64,000 nucleotides of DNA, from NCBI RefSeq assembly GCF_040938485.1, contig NW_027270929.1, positions 930,001 through 994,000 of the forward strand, in the 5' to 3' direction. The notes under the pieces were generated by a model that made no database searches, was not told the DNA's origin, and was given only the letters and a program-made list of their open reading frames with translations. This document shows positions 38,174 through 48,100 of the stretch, in pieces. This stretch comes from Diadema antillarum (taxonomy: Eukaryota). Within the stretch, counting starts at the first letter, position 1. Every line of letters begins with the position of its first letter. Made by a program: the position numbers and the translations under genes.

Positions 38174-39481
38174 TTACTTGTTGTGGGGAGTCTTGCTTCT
38201 GGCCTGTGGATGAGCTCTGCTCTGTGGCCGTTGCTGTGGGGGAGGTCGCGACTTCCCCTGGTAGCGCTGGTCTAAAAAAGGACGATTTGCCGTTCCATGC
38301 ACGAAGCGTGAGGCTGCAGCGCTACGCGAGCCCGTCCAGCCCGCATCGCGAGCCTGCCGGCGAGCTCCGCTGTTGAAGGGCCGTCTGTACGGATGGAAAG
38401 AGCCGCTCGGACGAGAAGTATGTTTCTGCTGGGTCCTCATGACCCCAGCAGAGGCCTTATGTTGTTCTTTTAGATCTTTCATCTGTCTTGTGAGATCATC
38501 ACCAAACAACAGCTGCGTGACTGGTGTAGAAGGCTTACAGAGATGCACGTATTCCGAGTTGATGTCCGGCTTAATCAGCTCCTTCCGCACGCAATTCAGT
38601 TCAAAGTGCGCATTACTCAATAGAGCAAGTGCGTCTTGCTGAGACTCGGAGATATCTCGCGCGTCGAGAGAGCGAAGAAGAGCCCCAATACCGCGAGTCA
38701 GACATTTCTGCACTCGCTGTAGTTTCAAATCACGATTACGCGTGACGGACTGCAAGTGTTCCCAAATGGGAGCGTTCACTTTAGGTGTATCGAGGTGGGG
38801 GCAGTTGCTCGGTGGGGGGTATTTTTCAACCGTTTCCTCGATGGCTTTATCTTCTAGTTTGTTGCCAATAAAGTAGTTCACCGATTTTGCGATTTCCTCG
38901 TCAACTGCCTCCCCAATCCCGAGGGGGATAGCATACTTGGCTGCCAACTGTGGTAGTTGTGCAGCAGGGGGAACCTCTTCCACCCCTTCGTCAAAATCGA
39001 ACGGTCCATCACGCTCTGCGTCTTCAGACGTAGACGTATCAAAATCGTCCCCAACAAAATGGCGGACGTTAGTAGGCAAGCGGGAAAATTCCTCCGCTGT
39101 AGATTTCGATGTAGACGCGCCTGTATGTACCACAGCAGCACGGCTAGTGGTTTTATCATGCGATTGGGGAAGGTGTTTCACCACTTCAGCGAGGAGATTT
39201 TCAAGTTTGTCTAGACGAGAACTAACGTCCCCGGAGGTAGACGCCCGATCCTCGGAAGGGGCTTTCGATACCGTATGAGGAGCTTTTTTGGGAATTTTCT
39301 TCATCGTCTTCTTCCCTGAATCTTGAGCCTTTCCGATGCTCACATTCTTCTGTACGTGCGCCGTACCGGCATCGCCGGAGGGAGGCGCTGGTGGTGGTAA
39401 CTCTGACTTCGTGGCACAGACCTCCTGTCCACGTGTAGCACGTAAAGCGAAGGATGGATCGTGCTGCTCTTTCGAGCTCAT
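38174..39481 (-). CDS. DIRS Gag-like ORF (435 aa from first ATG at 39481)
   Basis: Low-complexity N-terminus, then the conserved DIRS gag block (PPPSNCPHLDTPKVNAPIW...RDLKLQRVQ...RKELIKP...LLFGDDL) and an Arg-rich tail. The ORF-track start at 39616 is TTG. Confidence 0.88.
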   Translation of the reverse strand: MSSKEQHDPSFALRATRGQEVCATKSELPPPAPPSGDAGTAHVQKNVSIGKAQDSGKKTMKKIPKKAPHTVSKAPSEDRASTSGDVSSRLDKLENLLAEVVKHLPQSHDKTTSRAAVVHTGASTSKSTAEEFSRLPTNVRHFVGDDFDTSTSEDAERDGPFDFDEGVEEVPPAAQLPQLAAKYAIPLGIGEAVDEEIAKSVNYFIGNKLEDKAIEETVEKYPPPSNCPHLDTPKVNAPIWEHLQSVTRNRDLKLQRVQKCLTRGIGALLRSLDARDISESQQDALALLSNAHFELNCVRKELIKPDINSEYVHLCKPSTPVTQLLFGDDLTRQMKDLKEQHKASAGVMRTQQKHTSRPSGSFHPYRRPFNSGARRQARDAGWTGSRSAAASRFVHGTANRPFLDQRYQGKSRPPPQQRPQSRAHPQARSKTPHNK

Positions 39482-42332
39482 ATTTATCGAACCAACGTAA
39501 CGATTAGGCTCGAAAGATGCGTCAAAACACTTCTCAGTAGGTTCCGGATGACCGGCGAAGCAAAATTTTCTCGCGAGAAGGAAAATTCCGGCGATGAATT
39601 TATGGAAAAATTTCAAACCGCGGAGCTATGCAGGAGAACCTCCTGTCGGCTGGAACGAACGCGAACGTATTGCTGGACGCGCGTGCGGGCTCTCCTATTA
39701 TTACTCTTTATGCTTCGTAGTCTCTTTCGAGACTTCCGAAATAAAATATCAATAATAATCATAATGAACTAGACAATTCAGATCAACAACATTTATAGTC
39801 TGCAAGTATATCAATATTCAACATCATATATTTGACACCCTTATCTACACCCTCATGGCCTATGGCTAATAATACTAGATAATTCCCTAGCTATCCCACA
39901 GAAAAAAAACAAAAAAAGTCTAGTTTCATTGTGCATCCTAACATGTAAACATACCAAACTAACCACCCAGGTGTTGAACTTGCAATTAAGTTGTCTCGAC
40001 CCATAGCATTATACTTCAGTTATTATGTATGAATACATTGTGATTAATAACACACACACAAGTAGTATCTGGACTACTAAACAAAAATTCCGATGAGATG
40101 TGCATTATCATTAATGACCTAATGGTGCAAGGTGTAAATCCATTTCTCATTATAATCCTACTACAACATTGTGAATTTGAGATGACATTTTCTGAAAAAA
40201 AAATTACAATTAAAATTGAAAATTAAGAGCAAACAACACAGTGTTTGTTAACAGCTCTAACTTGTTACACAGGGTAAAAGGGAAGGGCATTATTATGACA
40301 GTGGGTCATTTAGCACATAGCATATCATGCTGTTTATATCTGTAAATTTTGTGGATACTGCTACACTCTTCTGCCTCAGAAGGGTTCAATATACCAAGTT
40401 GCACACAAGACAGTTTGTGCTAATCAGTGCTGTGAAAGAAGCTGTTAGAAGCAGTGACAAAAATCTATCCATTGGTGCACTAACATAATGGGTTTTTAGC
40501 ACGAGTCACTGAGTTAATCACACATACTGTATCTTATCTTATTTTGACTGAGTACTTTAAGTTCAGAATAAATGATGGCTGCTATCTACAAGTTTTGTCA
40601 CAAGGATTTTGAACAAGACTGACTCCAAAGATTGGAAATGTAACATGATTCCATCAAAAAGAGTGAATTACAATTGAAACAAAAGGATCATTCCAAATCT
40701 TATACAGAACTTTAACTTCAGGAAAAGCAAGGCTGATATCTACAAATAAAGACTTTAAATTTACATCTCTTATTACATGGGGAACAGACAACAAGATTCA
40801 TCAAGAGAAAATGAAAAAGTAACAAATCCCCCCCCCCCAAAAAAAAAAGAAGAAATAAATGAAATAAAATAAAATAAATAAAGGAAACAAGAATGCTTTC
40901 AGATACTATGAACATTCCCAATCCTGAAACAGACTACTCTAAAGAAAACAACAATAACTCAATCTGTAAAAAGCAATTTGTGAACATAAAGCTGAATGAA
41001 ACTTGGCAAAAGTGAGATGACGGTGCAAGTACTCCAATGAACACAGACTACAAGCATGATTAATTTGGTCTGAAATTGCGAATCTACTGGTGAAAAGCAT
41101 GCAGAGCATTAGATGAATTCAAGTAAGCTGAAGTGCTTTCATCTCATCAGGGGTTTTTTTTTTTCCCCCACAACTTTCACCAGTAGCTAGAATTTCACAA
41201 GTGATCACTCGCCACAAAACCACACGACAGAAGAGGGATACTAAGAAAATTAGACAAGACATTAAATCTGTATATGAAGAGCTAATTCCAGGTTCGATTT
41301 GCTTTTCAGTGTTATTTCTCTTTTACATTCAGAGCATTTCATCCCATTCTACTTCATCTGCACATTAGAAACCTCGACTCAAAACAAGAAAACACTTCAA
41401 GACAGTTTTCTGGGGCAGTGTTTGATGAGCAAAACTCGAAGAGTCCTTATCGCTTGGGTCAAACTGGCTCTGAAGGGCACGGTACAAACTCACTACAACA
41501 AATTTTGAGAAGAGAGAGGAGAGCATGCAACATGATTTGCATGGCAGCTTTCAGCTCATTCAGTTGAGAGCTTAAATACTTGTTGCCATGCAGCATCAAT
41601 TCCTGTTTTATGAAAGGCAAGTCTACAATTCATTGTATGAATACAACTTTCTTTGTATTTCATGTCAGCTGACCTCCCTTGCGGTGGGAGTTTCATTATC
41701 TGGTAGTGATGATGAGTGAATAGACGGCTCAAATCTTAGTAGGTGATATGCAATTTAAAGCTGACAGCCAACAAACAAATAAGATAATAGATGCAGGAAC
41801 ATCACTTTGGTAGCTGAATGCTGTTTCTTAATAAACCATGATTTTTACGTGTACAAAAAATATATTTTTTTTTTCAGATCTGACAAACAACAGAAGAAAA
41901 ACATCCATTTTCAAAGCTGATACAAAACAATTGAGAAAACAAATAATAGAAGTAGGAAAATTATTTCAGTGGTAGTGTGATGGTTGGTTATATACTGCAA
42001 TCTCACAAGAACAAAAAAGACCTGCACACACCTATCATGGGCACCAGTTTATCAAAGTTCCAGATATCTTCTCATATTATCTTTTGGCAAGACATCATGC
42101 ACACAAGAGTTCTCAGGCACCTACTTCTACCTCAAGTCAATCTTGTCTGAATGTGAACGTGATATTGTGCAATCACTCTGATTTAGGGGTTCCATTCACA
42201 CTACACAGGATGAAAACATTGAAAAAGCATGATAATACTACACTCGTGATTGAAGCATTTATGTGTGATTGGCTGTGTTTTCCCCACACAGATGTGGATG
42301 GATGCGTGTTTCTCAGTGTGATGGAAAAAGAA

Positions 42333-42570
42333 GTGCAGTTCACACAACACTCAGATGAATGCATTCAAACACACAACGCTTCTACTCTCATGTGAACGCA
42401 CCACTGAAGGTAGTGCAGTTCACACTACACTCAGATGAATGCATTCACACACACAAACACTTCTACACCCGTGTGAACTCACCACTAAGGGTAGTGCAGT
42501 ATACACTACACTCAGACGAATGCATTCACACACACACAACACTTCTACACTCGTGAACTCACCACTGAGG
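42333..42570. repeat. Minisatellite, 3 copies of ~80 bp
   Basis: GTGCAGTTCACAC..ACTCAGATGAATGCATTCA.ACACA..CTTCTAC..GTGAAC.CACCACT restarts at 42333, 42413 and 42494. Confidence 0.85.
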
Positions 42571-44647
42571 CTTGTGAATGGGAGTGTTGTGAGGAGATTA
42601 ATGAATTGTAAATTGCAAACATCAATATTTTGTGCTATGACATGTGTCATTGACTCTCTGGTAAGGATTTCAACAAATAAGTGAAGGCTGATAAATCATT
42701 AAGGGGAAAATGGTGCTGTATCATTGTTTAAATGTGGGGAAAAAGGGGTTGGAGAGTAAATGAGGGGAAAATTATTTGTTGGGTAATAGGATGATAGAAT
42801 GGCGGGGAAACCACATAAGGCACCACATACCTGTGAGTTATTTACCATCCTGCCAACAACACAAGCGTCATGCACAAAACACAAGAGAAAACATTTTGCA
42901 GGAGTTAGCCATAAACTTGTATTAACTGTACATTGCATGTGTGGATTTCAATGCACAGGCACAAGTATTGTAGATTCCACACCATGAAAGAGCAAAAAAC
43001 TGCATGCAGTCAAAGTCGTGCTTACACATACCGGTATGCACTCTCTGAAACAAAATTCTAACAAACCCCATAATACATACCCAAAACTAACTTGTTTTCA
43101 TCAATCAGAGACATTATTACATGTAGGTCAATATCATACATATTGTACAAAAGCAATACATGTCCCTGCAACAATGATTCGAACAGAATTAACCGACGGA
43201 TAAAATAACATGGAGCGACTTCACCAGTTTGAGATAAATCTGAGTGGAGTAAATAGCAATGGCTAGACACCTTTGCTGGCTGTGTAGAGATATTATTCAG
43301 CTCTACTGTACCACACACACTAAAATGAGCATCCCTTTCAAATCATGAAAGTGGGCCACTGATAATTCATACGGTTCAGTATCTGCAATATAGTGGGATA
43401 TAACATGGCATTACATCCAATCATATTCCCTGCAATCATAATGCATCCATCATGCATATAATATATACAAGTGCATATGAAATATATTCCCACACTTCAT
43501 CCCTGTCTCCAGTCAATAACTGCCCACTTAGCAGTACATATCTATTCCACTATTTCGCAAGCAGCATGCTTCAATTTAAAACATAACAATAAGAGATGAA
43601 AAATCAAATTTAACCTATGTCAGCTTAATCATGAAAATAAAAATAAAAGAAACTCAAATTTGTAGGAACATTCTGAAAACACTTGTTTAGATTTTTTTTC
43701 AGGCACAATAATACTTGAAGTAGTATCCAAGATTAGAAAAAAAAGTGTTCCTCACCCAGAATTTTCCTCTATTTACTTTATTATTTCTTCTTCTTTTTTT
43801 CTCAAAACAAATTAAACACTTATCTGACTAAAGTATCACACTTTGCAGAAAAAAAAATTTCCAACAGAAAGTTTTACCAGATATTTTTACTCTGCAGCAA
43901 GCCAACTTGTATTCTTGCATTTACTTTATACATGCTGTCTGGTGCCTGCCTGGCACATCAACTTTAAATTTCTGCTGCAGATTTACAAATTTTGGCAGAA
44001 ACTTCATATCATTTTCTTTTTTTATTTTTGTTTGCTTTAGTCATTGGCAGCTTTAACATTACCTGTCCACTTACCTCATATAGCAGGAAATAGTCAAAGG
44101 GCTTTGCATATGACAGTTATTGAGTTGGAGATAATAACAATGTGATTGAGTGTATCGTAAATAAATCATGTTCACTCTATCAAAAGAGAGATATCATGGA
44201 TTTGATGTTAATTGCAATTACTTCCAAAAATTCTATCACTTCTGTCACTTTGCCCTTTGAGTTTTGCATGACCACAATTTTCCTCTCTTTTTCTCTCTGA
44301 CCCCATTTTTCTCTGTAGTACTTTCAACAGACTTACACATTGCACAAAAGGCACATATTGCTTGTAAGTTCCTGTAACTGTTTCCACTTTGAATTTGTTC
44401 ATGTAGCCCCTAAATATACTCGAGCAATATTTTCATCCTATGGACTCTAGACAATCATTTTGTTGAGACCACCCCCCCCCCCCAAAAAAAAAGGTGTGTC
44501 ATAACAGTATGCATGTCAAATTTCCAGGTCATAAGTCCATATGTCACAGGCAGCAGTTCCTTCATGCACATACTAATGAATGCATACCAGCTCTGAAAAT
44601 GACAATCGAGGGCCCATCGAATCTCAGTATCTGCTGCCCGGTAATTG

Positions 44648-44674
44648 TCAGTATACAGCTGTTTTTGTTAGGTG
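44648..44674 (-). CDS. HIP1: Candidate proximal terminal coding exon of HIP1 (HLTKTAVY*)
   Basis: Strong acceptor TTTTCACCTCTTTTCTACAG at 44676-44675, phase 0, stop TGA at 44650-44648. Confidence 0.4.
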   Translation of the reverse strand, partial: HLTKTAVY

Positions 44675-45100
44675 CTGTAGAAAAGAGGTGAAAATACACT
44701 ACATGGAACAGTGCTTACGAACATAAGCTGTTCACAAATTGAGTGTATTCGCTCGGTATCTATGTGCAACACATCATTTCAACTCATCAAACAAGACTGG
44801 ATGGAACAAAGGCTACATGTTACTAGTAGTTCAAGGGTCGCTACAGCCTTTGCTAGTCTCCAAAGGTATACTGCCTTCACACACTACACTCGTAAAGTGT
44901 CACTCCCAGAGATATGTGACGAACAAACCATATCAATAATGCAGAGATAGAATTTACAATCTCCGAGTCGGAAGGCAAAAATGGCAACACATGCAAGGAA
45001 TGTGTGTAGTGCATACCACTACAAAAATTTGGTCACTGATAAAACAGGTGTTAGATAAGTATTTGCAGGTGTGAGAGAGAGAGAGAGAGGGGGCACTCAC

Positions 45101-48100
45101 CTCATCACCCCAGCCTTCGGATGCTCCAGCCAGCTGGTAGTGCTGCTTCCGGAGCTCGGCCAGTGCGACGCGTTCCTTCTCCAGCTTACTCTCCAGCTCC
45201 AGGACCCTCACTTGGGCCTCCATCTCCATACGCTTGGTTTGCGTCAGGCTGAGCTTGGTGAAGTCTGGAGATTCTGTTGGCGAGCGGGGGAAGATGGTCA
45301 TCAATCAACCAATCACACCAGCTAAACTCCTTGTCATTTCATAATCTTACTAAAGCAGCAATATGGGGATTACTTTGTCCCTACTGTATCATGACAGTCT
45401 CTATTTGGAAGTGTGGCATTATTCTATCAGAATGGGTAGCTTATGTTACTGTCAAGCTTTGGGGGGGGGGGGCACTGAAGTACTAATGAAATGCCTCTAG
45501 GTTTTTGGGGTAAGGGGATATTCATATGCTCTACTTACTTAGATGCAGTGACTATCGTTATCCTTACCCCCTTCGTCGATCATCTGTGCCCCCGTCTTGG
45601 CAGAGGCCACCACGCCCGCAGTCGCCGTGGCAACGTTCCTGGATGCGGTCTGCAGGCCCTTCAGGTTGGTGCTCTCCTTGTCTGCCTTGACCCTGCTGGC
45701 CGCCACAAGTTGGGCCGTGCTGGCCGCAATCTCGTGGGAGCAGACGATGAGCTCCTCAAACTTCCCTGTGCCCTTCATCACCTTGTCTGAACTGTCACTG
45801 TGAGTGGAAACACAAACCACAAGATTGGTAATATTCCTCCTCTTTTTCCATTTTTTGAGCTCATACACAGCCAGATTCGTTTTATCAGCAGACATAATAT
45901 TTCACTCTAACATAACCGTATGAGCCTGAAATATAGTAAGCAAAGTAACATTAACCTGTTGAGGGCGAGTCCCAAGGACACAAGTATACAAGTGTCCATG
46001 GGAAATGCGTGTTGTAGCAAAATCAGCCCATCCTCAACAGGTTAAATTTTGAAAACTTCAGAATCTATTTCATTTTTATTTCAATTTTTATTCTAATTTT
46101 CATTTATTGGCAGATATGGATGTTGTGTCATATCAAAGTCCATAAACACTACATGCCCAAACACAATACCTTATGTGTTTCACATATTCCTTTCACTAAT
46201 AAACATGTCCACAATATCAAATTAATATCACATTATGCAATACTGCAAACGCAGACACAGAATTAGCCATTTGTTTACAGAATTATTACTGTCTCACCTT
46301 AAAAAAAAAAAAAAAGAAAAGCAGCACAATTGCAGTTCTCTTATGACAGGGTAGTTTTTCTGTAATTCCAGTCTCACAGATATAAATATAACTCTTACAC
46401 AAGATGAGAAGCACCGACTCCAACCAGCTTTGCAGCAGAGAGAAGACCCTCTGTCCACCTGTGGTGCCTCTTGTAAAAGTCCTTTGCTGAAGCAGTGCCC
46501 TGAACATGGAACACAATAGTATATTATGTATATGACTGTCAGCATATCATTTTTCCCAAGATTTCAGAAAAGATTTGCTATAAGGCAGCGACACAATATC
46601 TGTGGAGCAGTCTACTCTACCAGCTCAATCAGCATCTGACTCTTCAAAAGCTCAAATCAACTGTATGTCAAGAACTTTTAAACAATGTAGTTTCAGATGT
46701 CTATTGAATCACAGTCTTCATAATGTCACACATTAACACGACTGAAACAACAGCAGCAGTTATAAAGTATATCATACATACTGACTTAGTTCTATGGTAT
46801 CAATGACTATACAATACATGACTGAGGATAGTAATGCACAGGTCAGTAACATATATAGAGACAGTCTGGCCAAACCAGTTTTTGTCTTATGAGCTGTGAT
46901 TGGTCAATAACTGGTCCTGCAATTACCAGGCACCATGTCATTACCAAGACCACATGCACCACGCAGTGGCTACTGTTAGCAAACAAAAACACTGAGCACA
47001 TATGCATGAATGTACATGCCTGAACAAACATGCGTCAACACACTTTTGCTGGGTAACAACCTGTGTGCCAGATAACAACATGGTGCCTATTACTGTGGTC
47101 AGCTAGTACACTCTCTATATACGGCTCTAGCGTAGATTTGTATCTCCCGCCCTCACCCGGCCACTTGCGACGATCTCCTTCTGAAGGGTCTTGGACTTTG
47201 TGATGAGTTCCTTGATGGAGACCATGAGTTGTGTGCAGGAGTCCAGAATCCTCTCATTCACCTCAAGTTTGACCCCTGTGTCAGCCTCCCGCGACCTCTT
47301 CAACATCTCCTGTAGACGTACAACGGCAGACAGAGTGGATCATTTTCATCATCTATCCCATTTCTCTTTATCACTTTCTCTTTCTCTATCCATTTTGATG
47401 ATGACAGAATGCACACTGTTTTTGTCAATGCCATATCAGCCTTCGCAAACTCCTTCAATATCTTCCAAAATATGCAGGAAAAAAAAAAGATGATTCACTC
47501 CATAGCTTTATTATCTATTGAGGTATTGCTCATTATCTGCATGCCTTCTTTGTTTGATAAAAGACATGGCCATATTTTTCTATTTGAACCCAAATTTTGA
47601 CATGATGGGCATAGACAATTTCTCCCTTCATTAAACAGAGTTATTTGTATTTCCTTTTAATCAGCATCGTTAACAAGATATGCTTATAAATATTAGCATA
47701 AAACTGGTGTGACAGATATGTGATTTTGACAGATACAGACAAAAAGCGCACATAGGTGCTATGAATGTAAGCTCAGAAAGACAGAAATCAGATAACTATT
47801 ACACTACCTCGATTCGACTTGCCATCTACTCATTGGTGCTTTGTATATAGACACAGTAAGACAAAAACTAAATAACTATTGCATTACCTCAATTCGACTG
47901 GCCGCCTGGTCAATGATGTCCGTCGTCATTTGCATCTCTGTTTCCACCAGGTCACCAATCTCCTCCTTGCCAGTCGTTTCTTCCGACATCAACTCCTGTT
48001 TCAAGAGCAAACCACAGAGGTCACTTTATTTTTATTTCTAGCCCTCAACCAAAAAGTCATTAGTATCATTTGTATGATTATCATCTCATCTGGTACCTCA

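Larger units (their letters stand above)
34697..39748 (-). mobile_element. Full-length DIRS1-type tyrosine-recombinase retrotransposon
   Basis: Three ORFs (gag, RT/RNaseH/MT, YR). A 59-bp segment is perfectly inverted between 34764-34822 and 39668-39726. The internal complementary region 34931-35061 is an exact join of the complements of both outer ends, the canonical DIRS1 architecture. Confidence 0.96.

Noticed and set aside
35489-39772. Plus-strand ORFs overlapping the DIRS element (e.g. 36918-37280, 38937-39278, 39461-39772)
   Set aside because: Antisense shadows of the real minus-strand ORFs, with no independent motifs.
43058-43318. Alternative HIP1 terminal exon starting PAKVSSHC (acceptor near 43285)
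   Set aside because: Weaker pyrimidine tract and a long low-quality translation compared with the 44674 and 33713 candidates.
44055-44095. Tandem donor-like sites GAG|GTAAGT and CAG|GTAATG on minus strand
   Set aside because: I could not identify a matching acceptor or a sensible micro-exon; noted but unsupported.
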